Part shown: piece by piece, positions 37,951 through 47,546 of the stretch
How the letters are laid out: each line of letters starts with the position of its first letter
Numbering within the stretch: the first letter of the stretch is position 1
IMG/VR virus record: IMGVR_UViG_3300044957_000763
Coordinates: 248,001 to 312,000 of that record
Length of the DNA stretch: 64,000 nucleotides
Reading direction: 5' to 3' (one strand)
Program-made: the position numbers and the translations under genes
The notes under the pieces: model-generated
What the model was told of the DNA's origin: nothing
The model's input: only the letters and a program-made list of their open reading frames with translations
The model's database searches: none

Positions 37951-39027
37951 ATGTCTGAGAAAAGTGAACAACCAGGCTGGATGGTCAACAAAAAATACGG
38001 ACATGTTTCCGATATTACATGGCATCAGTTGCCAGATGACGATGACCACATTTACGTTAACCATTTCAAAAAAATTCGTGGTTTAACAGCCGCCCCTAAA
38101 AAAATTGCCAAAAACCCATCCGAGCCTCACGAAAATGAAGAGGCATGGGTGTTCACAGATGAAACTACAATGAACGATTGGTTGCGCGATGACGCCGCAC
38201 TATTGTCAAGAAAGTTGCAAAATTATCTGGAGAAACTTTCTAGCATAGACTCGCGTGCAAACTTTATGATAAGCTCAATATGGCCAGATAATTTCATTTT
38301 AGGATATGTGCCAAAAGACTATAGGGATTATTCAAGGGTGTATTTATCAGCCCGAAAAATTTGTGAATACAGCGTGGATTCAGTGGTGAAATACACTGAA
38401 AAACAACTTGGGATGCCACTTTGTGAATTCAATCGTGTGTGGAATAAAATGGAATACGCTCAATACAACAACGAGTTGAGCATTGTGCTTGCGATAAGTT
38501 CCCAAGAACAAATAGATTACTTCAATAAACACTCACCAAATGAATCTGTTGTTGTAGACAAAATTGCATTTGTTATGAAGGCTATGTGCCCAGAATTGAA
38601 GTACAACCTTACGGTTCGTCGTACTCCAAGATATTTGTTTGGCGACGACAAGCATCTTGTAAGCCTGGCTACAGACTTTGATACCGAGTTTTACAAAGTA
38701 CTGGGCAACAACATTAAAACCAAGCTCAGCAACGCAGTGCGGCGACCACTATTACACAGTGCAAATATTTCTGCCTATCTTGTGGGTCGAGATATGCTTG
38801 GAAAAGTTCCATCCCATGTACTTCAACGCTCAATAATATTGCCATATACCTATGCTTCTGCTAAATGCTACACAGTATATGCGCCCATCAACATTAATGT
38901 TTGGGCAAGACCAGATAATACGATAATTGTTGATACCAACCTGGCCACCGGTTCCGCAGAGTTGACCAGATTCAATAATACACTTTCATCAAGCAATATT
39001 CTAGACCAGTTATTGGAGATGTCCTAA
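37951..39027 (+). CDS. hypothetical protein with SNILDQLL tail
   Basis: 358-aa ORF. Confidence 0.7.
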   Translation: MSEKSEQPGWMVNKKYGHVSDITWHQLPDDDDHIYVNHFKKIRGLTAAPKKIAKNPSEPHENEEAWVFTDETTMNDWLRDDAALLSRKLQNYLEKLSSIDSRANFMISSIWPDNFILGYVPKDYRDYSRVYLSARKICEYSVDSVVKYTEKQLGMPLCEFNRVWNKMEYAQYNNELSIVLAISSQEQIDYFNKHSPNESVVVDKIAFVMKAMCPELKYNLTVRRTPRYLFGDDKHLVSLATDFDTEFYKVLGNNIKTKLSNAVRRPLLHSANISAYLVGRDMLGKVPSHVLQRSIILPYTYASAKCYTVYAPININVWARPDNTIIVDTNLATGSAELTRFNNTLSSSNILDQLLEMS

Positions 39028-39524
39028 TGACACACAAAGAACTGGTGATGAGGGCGGCCAAGTGGCTCACCAACACGCGCAAGTGCTCCGTGGTTGTTAC
39101 TGAATTTGTGACATCTGGAATTACGGAAAGTCCAGATGCACTTGGATGGAAAAATGCCAGGAATACGATTTTGATTGAGTGCAAAACCAGTAAAACAGAT
39201 TTCAACAGAGACCATGACAAGCCTTTCCGTAGATTTTGGGAGTTTGGTCTTGGCCAAGTCAGATATTATCTTACTCCACCAGACTTGATTACAGTTGAGG
39301 ACTTGCCAGACGGGTGGGGGTTGTTGTATTGTCATGCCAACAGGATTCAAATAGTTCACGAACCCAATAAAAAAGCCACCAGCAAAGATGTGGCGTGGAA
39401 CGAAAATGCCATACTGTATTCACTAGTCAGAAGGGCGGTAATCAGGGGGTTTGACATTCATTCTCCATATAGTGAGGCTCCAAAAGCAGGTAGAAAACGT
39501 CGTAAAAGGAGAAAGTCTAAATAG
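39027..39524 (+). CDS. PD-(D/E)xK nuclease-like protein
   Basis: ESPDALGW..ILIECKTSKTDF..D..KP. Confidence 0.7.
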   Translation: MTHKELVMRAAKWLTNTRKCSVVVTEFVTSGITESPDALGWKNARNTILIECKTSKTDFNRDHDKPFRRFWEFGLGQVRYYLTPPDLITVEDLPDGWGLLYCHANRIQIVHEPNKKATSKDVAWNENAILYSLVRRAVIRGFDIHSPYSEAPKAGRKRRKRRKSK

Positions 39525-39567
39525 GTCGACACTTATAGTGTCAAATATGATATAATCTGGTTGTTCT

Positions 39568-39840
39568 ATGGAAGTGCACCTTAAAAAGCCACATCTCATC
39601 GTTCTCTGCCAAGCATTTGATGGCGATAGCATTCTATCGCCAGATATCACTCATTTTTACTGGAGGCGCCGGCAAACGAAATTGAAACCTGGAGACTTCG
39701 CAATTTTGTTTGAAACGGGTCTAATGGAGTGGATTGACGGATTGGACTTTGGCCAATCTTCAAGCGAGGGAGTCATTACACCAGCCGGGAAAGAACTGGT
39801 TGAAGAACTTGGATTGTGCACGTATGCATACTCCAAATGA
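39568..39840 (+). CDS. hypothetical protein
   Basis: 90-aa ORF. Confidence 0.5.
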   Translation: MEVHLKKPHLIVLCQAFDGDSILSPDITHFYWRRRQTKLKPGDFAILFETGLMEWIDGLDFGQSSSEGVITPAGKELVEELGLCTYAYSK

Positions 39841-39875
39841 GTATGCAATGCGCAAAGATATGGTATCATACCATC

Positions 39876-40190
39876 ATGAAACACACAGCGCATGTTTTGA
39901 ACGACGAGGGTGATATTGTTTTAACATGGGACCCAAAGATTCGTGAAGACCGAGAAAACATGAAGCAAATATTTGCGACATTCATCGAACAGGGTTATGA
40001 AGCGTATGCAGTCAGTGAAAAGCCATCCAAACTAGATGCAATGCTTGGTGTCGAGTACGTAAAAACCAAGCAAGTGTTTGACCTTGATGCAACTATTGGC
40101 AAGCTGATTATGCGCAAGAAGGTGGTAATCGCTCCTGCCACTGTTCATGGCGGATACCCCAAGTCAGGAATGAATCAAGGACGCCTATAA
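39876..40190 (+). CDS. small conserved phage protein with near-terminal GG
   Basis: GDIVLTWD...GYEAY...PATVHGG; TGG-TATCAT 6 nt before ATG. Confidence 0.65.
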   Translation: MKHTAHVLNDEGDIVLTWDPKIREDRENMKQIFATFIEQGYEAYAVSEKPSKLDAMLGVEYVKTKQVFDLDATIGKLIMRKKVVIAPATVHGGYPKSGMNQGRL

Positions 40191-41125
40191 TGCGCAAACC
40201 AGCACTTAGTAAAACCAACCGAGTCAAGCAGAGGCCGAACAAACCGATTGAACTAGATGTTGAACTCCACCCCCCAATCAGCACCGTGACTGAGAACGAG
40301 TTGGAGTTTCCACACGACAGGTGTGAAATGGTTCGCACACCGCAAGAATGGCACCAAGAACATTTTCAATTCATGGAGCATACTCATGGGTTGTGCTCAA
40401 ATATAGAAGAAGCTGAAGAACTTGAAGCCGTAGTGTATTTTGACCACGCACACGTTCGTGTGGTTTTCTGTTGCACACATTGTCTTGAAATGGTGCCTTG
40501 GGTCGGTGAAATGTTTGGCAGAACACACGTTTGTACTAATTGCAATGCAAATATGACCGGAGAACAAGCGTGTCGTGCAGCATATCTTGCGCTTTTAGGC
40601 ATCAGGCACCCGAACTGCACATTAAACGAACAAGACTTCAAATCTAAGACAGACAACCTAGACCCATATGCTTTTGTTGAACAATACGTTTCGTTTGTTG
40701 AATTGTGTATTAACGACAGAAACACAGCCGAACGACGCGCTTTGAATCTAATGAAACACTTATTCGGTGAGCGTGTATATAATCAGATTGTCAACAACGG
40801 TGAAACATGGGTTAAGGGCGCAGACGGTATGTATTATCGTTTGTTTTGGAGCCGGCACGGCAATGTCGCGGTATATGAATACCGATACAAAACCCAAGCA
40901 GCAAAAGCAGGAAAAGCCTGGAAGCCAGTGGCGGCATACTGCGGCCACTTCGGTGAAAACTACCCAATCAGTGACCAGATTATTGCACAAATTTGTATGC
41001 TGAAAACAGACCCGAATAGGTACATCAATCAAGCCAACAAGGTGCAAGACGAACACTTGTCAAATTGCGGGCCCGAAGTTTTGCACAAAGCAATGATGGA
41101 TAAAATCATGGCAATACAGATTTGA
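40190..41125 (+). CDS. hypothetical protein, Cys-rich N-terminus and conserved C-terminal domain
   Basis: CTHC/CTNC pairs; AERRAL...GNV...YCGH..YPISDQIIAQ. Confidence 0.65.
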   Translation: MRKPALSKTNRVKQRPNKPIELDVELHPPISTVTENELEFPHDRCEMVRTPQEWHQEHFQFMEHTHGLCSNIEEAEELEAVVYFDHAHVRVVFCCTHCLEMVPWVGEMFGRTHVCTNCNANMTGEQACRAAYLALLGIRHPNCTLNEQDFKSKTDNLDPYAFVEQYVSFVELCINDRNTAERRALNLMKHLFGERVYNQIVNNGETWVKGADGMYYRLFWSRHGNVAVYEYRYKTQAAKAGKAWKPVAAYCGHFGENYPISDQIIAQICMLKTDPNRYINQANKVQDEHLSNCGPEVLHKAMMDKIMAIQI

Positions 41126-41144
41126 TTCATGGTATACTTTGGGT

Positions 41145-41756
41145 ATGAAGGTGTTTTTTACATCAGACACTCATCTTGGGGACACCAGATTCAGCGTGAT
41201 GAATCGCCCAGGATTCAAAGATGCCCAATCAATGGTTGACCACTTGGTAGAACTTCACAACTCAATTGTTTCGCCAGAAGACCTTGTTTATCATATTGGA
41301 GACGTGTGCTATGACCAAGCACCAGAGTTCTTGCCGCAGATTGACCGATTTAATGGCGCGAAGATTTTGTTGCGCGGCAATCATGACCGAGTATTTACAG
41401 ACGAACAGCTTAAACCTTATTTTACGCGAATCTACGCAGAGGGTGAGGGTGTTGAAGTTGAAGCAAATGGCATACCGTGCTATGCTGTCCATTACCCGCA
41501 CATGGGGGTCAATGACCGGTTCAATCTAACTGGGCACATTCATAGTGCTTGGCGATTCCAGCTCAATACGATGAATGTTGGAGTGGATGTCAACCATTAT
41601 CGACCAACTTCCGCCGATGACATTCCGAGAGTACTCAAGGCAATCACTGAATTCTACGATGATGATGTATGGGTGGCTTACGCCGAGTGCAACAAACGAT
41701 ACCAAAACGTGCGCGGCAAGAAAGGCAATCGTGTCGCAGAGTATCATAACCGATAA
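41145..41756 (+). CDS. calcineurin-like metallophosphoesterase
   Basis: SDTHLG, HIGD, RGNHD, HYP, GHIH. Confidence 0.9.
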   Translation: MKVFFTSDTHLGDTRFSVMNRPGFKDAQSMVDHLVELHNSIVSPEDLVYHIGDVCYDQAPEFLPQIDRFNGAKILLRGNHDRVFTDEQLKPYFTRIYAEGEGVEVEANGIPCYAVHYPHMGVNDRFNLTGHIHSAWRFQLNTMNVGVDVNHYRPTSADDIPRVLKAITEFYDDDVWVAYAECNKRYQNVRGKKGNRVAEYHNR

Positions 41757-41777
41757 CAAACGTGGTATACTAAAGAC

Positions 41778-42245
41778 ATGAAAGGCAAAAGTTTTTCAGA
41801 CCATATCATTCCAATGGAGCTAACCACCTATTGGACAATCATGCCAAAGGACACCAACTATATGTTTCCACTGGTATTTGGCGGAGCGATGATGTCACAG
41901 GTCGACCTTGCCGCAGCCACACACACGCGCATGCTTCTGCATTGGACAGGTTGCGACAAAGCCGTTACTCATAAGGCCAACATATTGTTCTCGGCACCTT
42001 CGTATGCCGGCGACACCATCAGGTTCGATTCAAAATTAGTCGAAGTAAGAGACAACTCGCTTCGGTTTATTGTGGAGGTGTATCGCATCCCACTGACAGA
42101 CAACACTGTGCCAAAGCAAATCACCTATGAGCACATTGGCACTCACGAATTGGTGTTTGTAACCATGTCAGGTGAGAGTTTTACGCCTCATCGACTGCGT
42201 GATGTAATTCCTGCCGAAGTTTTGAAGACGATGGACAATGCTTGA
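41778..42245 (+). CDS. hotdog-fold acyl-CoA thioesterase
   Basis: DTN...VFGGAMMSQVDLAA. Confidence 0.75.
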   Translation: MKGKSFSDHIIPMELTTYWTIMPKDTNYMFPLVFGGAMMSQVDLAAATHTRMLLHWTGCDKAVTHKANILFSAPSYAGDTIRFDSKLVEVRDNSLRFIVEVYRIPLTDNTVPKQITYEHIGTHELVFVTMSGESFTPHRLRDVIPAEVLKTMDNA

Positions 42246-42750
42246 TGCACAGCAAGTATTAAACGAATACCTGCATAGTCCGCGCAGGGCGCTTGAGTTG
42301 ACTATCAACGTGCCATCGTTTAGCGTGTTTTTTGACCCGCGAAATGAGTTTGTTCAATGGATGAAAGAGTTTTGTGGCGACAAGACGGTTATTGACTGTG
42401 GCTGTGGCCGTGGTCAAACGATAGCTGTGTTGCGTCATGCTGGATTAGAGGCTGTTGGAATTGATTTGTATGGTGCTGAAATACCTCTCATCCGTGATAT
42501 TCATTTGATTAATGCTGTGTACTTTCCATTTAGTCCAGAAAACGTTGCACTGATTTGCAGACCATGTCGCGGCGAGTGGATTCATGCTACAATCTGCAAA
42601 GCTGTGGAGAGCGGTGCAAAGTGCGTGTATGTTGGCAAAGAAAGTCACTACGAAGAAGACCTTGAGCCTCTGCCATACAGGGTTGAAAAAGTGCTGTCTA
42701 GTGCCGGTATGCAAAACGAAACCGCTTGGGTCATAAGCAAGGAAGAATAA
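42238..42750 (+). CDS. class I SAM methyltransferase-like protein
   Basis: VIDCGCGRG, VGID. Confidence 0.7.
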   Translation: MLDAQQVLNEYLHSPRRALELTINVPSFSVFFDPRNEFVQWMKEFCGDKTVIDCGCGRGQTIAVLRHAGLEAVGIDLYGAEIPLIRDIHLINAVYFPFSPENVALICRPCRGEWIHATICKAVESGAKCVYVGKESHYEEDLEPLPYRVEKVLSSAGMQNETAWVISKEE

Positions 42751-43481
42751 TGCCTAATTTTTCAAGACTCTTGTGGATACGAGGTGTCAACTGGTCAGAG
42801 GACACTAAGCCGCTGTTGGTTGGTATTAGAGCTGGCATTGATAAAGATTACATGCATTGGTCTGCCGCTGACTCTTACACCACTTGGAACCCAGACGAAT
42901 ATGTAGTTGTCAGGGAGTTTGAATACTCTGGATATGACTCGATTGACGATGCCGAAGCCGAACTTAACAAAACTTATGCGCCAAAACCACAACCACCATC
43001 GGCCCGTCTGGGTTGGGTTTCTCCCAGTGGTGAATGGTATCCTTGTGGATATTGTTGCCATTCAGACTTAGAGTCATTGCTTGGAGAAATTTATTATAGT
43101 CAAACTTATCCCAATCTTGAAAATCGCGGATGGGTTTCTATAAAAGGCGGCGCACTTATTGGAGTGCGAGAAGACAACTGCCCAATCAGTGAAGACACCA
43201 AAAATACGGTGCGAAAAGTTGTTGAAGAGTTTGAACTAGCGGAATCACTTAACCCAGATATCAATTGGGATAATGTTCTACTAGCAAATCCAGAAGGCTA
43301 TCGCGAAGAGTCTTGGTTCACGCGGCCGAGCGAAATCTATGGAATCAAACAAGACAACACGTATGCGCAAAAATTGCGCGACTCATACGAAGTGTATTTT
43401 GGAGACTATCACAAAGAAGTCGCACCATTGATTACACCACCAACTCGAGTTAAGCGAGTTGGCGAACACCCAGGAGATTAA
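42750..43481 (+). CDS. hypothetical protein
   Basis: GWVSPSGEW...H motif. Confidence 0.6.
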   Translation: MPNFSRLLWIRGVNWSEDTKPLLVGIRAGIDKDYMHWSAADSYTTWNPDEYVVVREFEYSGYDSIDDAEAELNKTYAPKPQPPSARLGWVSPSGEWYPCGYCCHSDLESLLGEIYYSQTYPNLENRGWVSIKGGALIGVREDNCPISEDTKNTVRKVVEEFELAESLNPDINWDNVLLANPEGYREESWFTRPSEIYGIKQDNTYAQKLRDSYEVYFGDYHKEVAPLITPPTRVKRVGEHPGD

Positions 43482-43482
43482 C

Positions 43483-43710
43483 ATGAAAAAAGCAGTAGTT
43501 GTATCGTTTAACTGGAATACCCGAGATATCAAGTTCACCGATTTTGAGGGCCCGGATGCCGGCTGGCAAGCCGAAGAGTGGGTCGACCCAAATTCTTTTG
43601 TGTGGAAAGATTTTCCTGCAAGCGAGGGTTGGACTCATATTCTTCACAAGAACGAAGAGTGCATGGAATCTGATAGCAAAGATTTAGTAGACTGGATTAT
43701 GAGATTATAA
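43483..43710 (+). CDS. hypothetical protein
   Basis: AGGAG SD before ATG. Confidence 0.55.
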   Translation: MKKAVVVSFNWNTRDIKFTDFEGPDAGWQAEEWVDPNSFVWKDFPASEGWTHILHKNEECMESDSKDLVDWIMRL

Positions 43711-43824
43711 ACAGCAGGCGCAAAGCCCAAAAAGTTCCACAATAGGTTGACACCTGTGATTGTGTGTCATAATACCAATCATGGCACGAAAAAAGACTGG
43801 ATTCAAGTGTGGTAGAATAAACAC

Positions 43825-44373
43825 ATGAACAAAGACCCTCGAAACGTCATGGACGTTTATAAGTATTGGTCTACAGATGCTATCTTGGCAGACTTAGACA
43901 CAAAGCGACACAACTTCTCTGTGTTGTGCGCCAACGTACACGGAGACTTCAATATTGGCACTGTGATTCGCAATGCCAATGCATTTTTAGCTTCTGAGGT
44001 CATGTTGTATGGCCGCCGCAAGTGGGACAGGAGGTCGGCTGTTGGCACCCAGAACTACACTCACTTCAAGCATGTCAGAGACATTGATGGTCTGGCAGAA
44101 ATTAAGAATGAAGCCTATGTTATTGGTGTAGATAATATTGATAGGGCAGAGCCTATTGACTTTGCAGAAATTCCAACTGACCGACATGTGGTCTTTGCTT
44201 TCGGTGAAGAGCAGGTTGGACTTCCACAGGAAATGCTTGATATTTGTGACAAAGTGGTCTATATTCGACAGTTTGGCAGCGTGCGCAGCTTGAATGTTGG
44301 AGTAGCATCTGGAATTGTAATGTACGAGTATTGCCGGCGACTGGATTTGTTGTCTGGACTTCAGCAGGAATAA
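43825..44373 (+). CDS. SpoU/TrmH-family RNA methyltransferase
   Basis: NIGTVIRNANAF, FGEEQVGL, RSLNVGVASGI. Confidence 0.9.
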   Translation: MNKDPRNVMDVYKYWSTDAILADLDTKRHNFSVLCANVHGDFNIGTVIRNANAFLASEVMLYGRRKWDRRSAVGTQNYTHFKHVRDIDGLAEIKNEAYVIGVDNIDRAEPIDFAEIPTDRHVVFAFGEEQVGLPQEMLDICDKVVYIRQFGSVRSLNVGVASGIVMYEYCRRLDLLSGLQQE

Positions 44374-44399
44374 CACAATTCCGGGTGTAAAAATACCAT

Positions 44400-45872
44400 G
44401 TGCGTTCAAAGACACAAGCCATCATACGTCTAGCGCAAATCTTTGAAGATTACGGGCTACATGCTACCGCTGATATTGTCGACGGTAGCATGTGGCGAAT
44501 TGCACTCGACTTGAGCGATGTTGCACCAGAACACGACGCAAGCAGGTTGTCGGAAGAAGAAGCATTGGAAGACATTAAAACCCAAGTGCGCGACGGTTTT
44601 GAATCATTGTATGGTACCAAAGCCATTGATGAATCAGTGAATAGTGTGTCTGACTGGGGCACTTCTTTTTGGATTATGCCTGATGGTTCTAGAATCGACC
44701 TTGGTTACACACATCACGATAGTTCAATATCGAATATTATCAGAGAACAAGACTTGCACGACCATCCTGCTTATAGCAAATTCATGGAATATGGCTCGTA
44801 TAAACTTATGGGCATGTATTTTGGAGCATTGCGTGTTTATTATGAAGGCGACAAGCTGTCTGTAACATCGAATGCGCAACCAACACCGGCGCAAATGTCA
44901 TCAATCGAATTTCTAATAGAACAAATCGAACCCATGATAGTAAAAATTGAACAAGAAAAGCTATCAGAAAGAACTGGTGGGCACTTAGGATATGACGAAT
45001 ATTCATCAGTTGCCGATTGGCGAGATGCTATTTTTAGAAAATCCAAACAAACCAATTTTGTTAAAACCGTTCAAGACATAGAAGATATTTCTGGTACAGG
45101 CTCTCAACTTTGGAAAAACATCGAGATGCGTAATCTTATACAACGATACCCAGGTGATGAAAATGCTAAGTTTAGACGCATGTATATGCGTTCTGCCAGT
45201 ACTCGACTTGCGAACAGAAATGAATACTACAAACAAGCACTTGAGGCTGGCCATAAAGAAATGTTCAGTGTGATTGAACCCGATGAAAATACAATAGAAT
45301 TCCACAATATGCACTCATTCTGGTTGTACCCTGATGGTCGATTAATGGACTTGGGCAAACAATGGCACGAAATGGCTTTTGATAAAGTAATGCATGAAAA
45401 AGGCCTCGACACCGAAGAAGAATTTGGCAATATGTATTCATCTAAAGATGGACCACATGAAATCATGAGCGATTATTTTGGTATGATTAGGTTGTTTATT
45501 CAAAACAAAAACATCTTGATAGTTACTTCATACCGCAGACCTACACAGATGCAAATTGACCAAATTCAAAACATATCACAAAAAAGCAACCGAGGAGTTA
45601 TAAAGATTGAACAATATGGTTATGTCAATGGTGGTCGACTGGTTACAAACTCTATGTCTAAATGGATTGAAGAACTTGACAAATATCGACCTGATTCAAA
45701 AGGTGAATCTTCGTATAATAAAATGCGCAATAACATTGGTGAGGTCGAGGAAGACGCCACTAATCAACCATACTGGAAGGCTAGGGAGCGACAAAACTTA
45801 GAAACAACATATCCTGGCCCGGAGAATGAGCAGTTGCGCAAAATGTATGAGAGGTCTGCTAGTTATGGGTAA
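44400..45872 (+). CDS. hypothetical protein with two internal domain repeats
   Basis: SFWIMPDG..DLG..H and SFWLYPDG..DLG..H, each followed by YFGxxR. Confidence 0.7.
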   Translation: MRSKTQAIIRLAQIFEDYGLHATADIVDGSMWRIALDLSDVAPEHDASRLSEEEALEDIKTQVRDGFESLYGTKAIDESVNSVSDWGTSFWIMPDGSRIDLGYTHHDSSISNIIREQDLHDHPAYSKFMEYGSYKLMGMYFGALRVYYEGDKLSVTSNAQPTPAQMSSIEFLIEQIEPMIVKIEQEKLSERTGGHLGYDEYSSVADWRDAIFRKSKQTNFVKTVQDIEDISGTGSQLWKNIEMRNLIQRYPGDENAKFRRMYMRSASTRLANRNEYYKQALEAGHKEMFSVIEPDENTIEFHNMHSFWLYPDGRLMDLGKQWHEMAFDKVMHEKGLDTEEEFGNMYSSKDGPHEIMSDYFGMIRLFIQNKNILIVTSYRRPTQMQIDQIQNISQKSNRGVIKIEQYGYVNGGRLVTNSMSKWIEELDKYRPDSKGESSYNKMRNNIGEVEEDATNQPYWKARERQNLETTYPGPENEQLRKMYERSASYG

Positions 45873-46206
45873 TAAATGTTCACTTGCGACAGATGGAATT
45901 TTGATGTTTGTGTGTCCTGGCTGTGACGAAGTTCATGGTATTCGTGTTGAAGGCGAACACTCATGGGGTTGGAACAAATCTATGGAGACTCCGACGTTCA
46001 CACCAAGCATTATTGTTACGCAAACACTATACGGACCCGACAAACTTCCATTTGGAAAATACAAAGGAGAATATCCTTGCGAGTCCACCAAAGCAGTGTG
46101 TCACTCATTTGTGACAGATGGTCAAATCAGATTTCTCGAAGACAGTTATCATAGTCTGGCAGGACAAACTGTGCCACTTCAAGATTGGGAATCAGCATTT
46201 GGTTAA
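45865..46206 (+). CDS. DUF6527-like Cys/His protein
   Basis: CPGCDEVH, PTFTPSI, CHSFVTDG..LAGQTV. Confidence 0.6.
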   Translation: MGNKCSLATDGILMFVCPGCDEVHGIRVEGEHSWGWNKSMETPTFTPSIIVTQTLYGPDKLPFGKYKGEYPCESTKAVCHSFVTDGQIRFLEDSYHSLAGQTVPLQDWESAFG

Positions 46207-46995
46207 TTGTGGTACAAGTGGCTTATTTGTACTAAGTGCGATAATCAAGTTATGCACGATGCACAAATACATGCAGGAAAAGTAGTCGCCGGCGCATTAC
46301 AATTGATGAAAACACTCACTGAACAAGGTGAGCGTAACACGCTTGAACTCAACAACGCTGCAGAAAAATACATGTTTGAGTACGACGTGTACCCATCGTG
46401 TAAAGGTTATGAGCCAAAGTGGAACTCATCCATGATTTATCAATATGGCACATGTATATCTGTGAATCATGAAATCGGCCACGGTCCACCAGCCGCAGAC
46501 AAAATGCTTGTTGACGGCGATGTGGTCAAATTCGATATAGTCGGAGCACATCAAGGATGGCACGTCGATGCCGCCATTACAGTCCCAGTAGGCAATATCT
46601 CTGACGAACGAGCAAGGCTCATAAAAATCACTAAGACCGCCTGCGCTATTGGTATTGAACAGGCTGTCCCAGGAAATACAGTTGGTCATATCACTCGCGC
46701 CATTGCCAAAGTCGCACTTGACAATAATCTTGGTATCGTTGTTGGGCTCAATGGCCACGGTATCGGACAAGCCATTCATGAATTACCAAACATACCAAAC
46801 ATTGGGACTGGCGGAAATGAGGTACTGAAAGAAGGTCAAACCATTTGTATCGAGCCAATGTTCACGCTTGGCTCTGGCGATAACAAGGTGCTAGAAGATG
46901 GGTGGACAATCGTTACCATTGATGGCAGTTGCGCGGCTCACTGCGAACATACCGTGTGTGTTCAAGAAAAACCATTGATTTTAACCGTGAAGTAA
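46207..46995 (+). CDS. map: type I methionine aminopeptidase
   Basis: CISVN...HG, D..D, GHGIG..HE, IEPM, HCEHT; exact start uncertain. Confidence 0.92.
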   Translation: MWYKWLICTKCDNQVMHDAQIHAGKVVAGALQLMKTLTEQGERNTLELNNAAEKYMFEYDVYPSCKGYEPKWNSSMIYQYGTCISVNHEIGHGPPAADKMLVDGDVVKFDIVGAHQGWHVDAAITVPVGNISDERARLIKITKTACAIGIEQAVPGNTVGHITRAIAKVALDNNLGIVVGLNGHGIGQAIHELPNIPNIGTGGNEVLKEGQTICIEPMFTLGSGDNKVLEDGWTIVTIDGSCAAHCEHTVCVQEKPLILTVK

Positions 46996-47021
46996 TTTTA
47001 TCAATGTGCTATAATAACCAT

Positions 47022-47546
47022 ATGAAGGTTCTTAGATACGAAAATACCATCGAAGAGATTCTTGCAGAATCCGAATACCCCAAAATCTTTTTAGCCGGGC
47101 CTACGGTTCGTGGCAATCAACAACATCTTACATCGTGGAGATTTGAAGCCGCAAGTATCTTTGAGCGCATGGGGTTTGATGGCACTTTGATTGTTCCAGA
47201 GTTTACAGACCGTGCCGAGTCCGATTTAGGGAAAGACTGGATTGTCACCTGGGAATTCACTGGGTTAAAAAAGGCCGACTGCATTATGTTTTGGATTCCT
47301 CGAACTCGTGAACTTATTGGACTCACCACCAATTTTGAAATGGGATATTGGATGGGCAGGGAAAGGGACAAGATGGTTTATGGTCGACCCAATGACGCCT
47401 ATCGCATCAATTACCCGGATTTGATGTGGGTGCTCGATAGTGAAGATGTAGGCACCGGACAACCTACTGATATTTTCACAACTCTTGAGGACACCATTAG
47501 TGATTCCATTCGATTAGCCAATTATCGACATAACAAGAGTGGGTAA
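47022..47546 (+). CDS. nucleoside 2-deoxyribosyltransferase-like protein (second copy)
   Basis: IFLAGPTVR..SWR, MFWIPR, TTNFEMG. Confidence 0.8.
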   Translation: MKVLRYENTIEEILAESEYPKIFLAGPTVRGNQQHLTSWRFEAASIFERMGFDGTLIVPEFTDRAESDLGKDWIVTWEFTGLKKADCIMFWIPRTRELIGLTTNFEMGYWMGRERDKMVYGRPNDAYRINYPDLMWVLDSEDVGTGQPTDIFTTLEDTISDSIRLANYRHNKSG

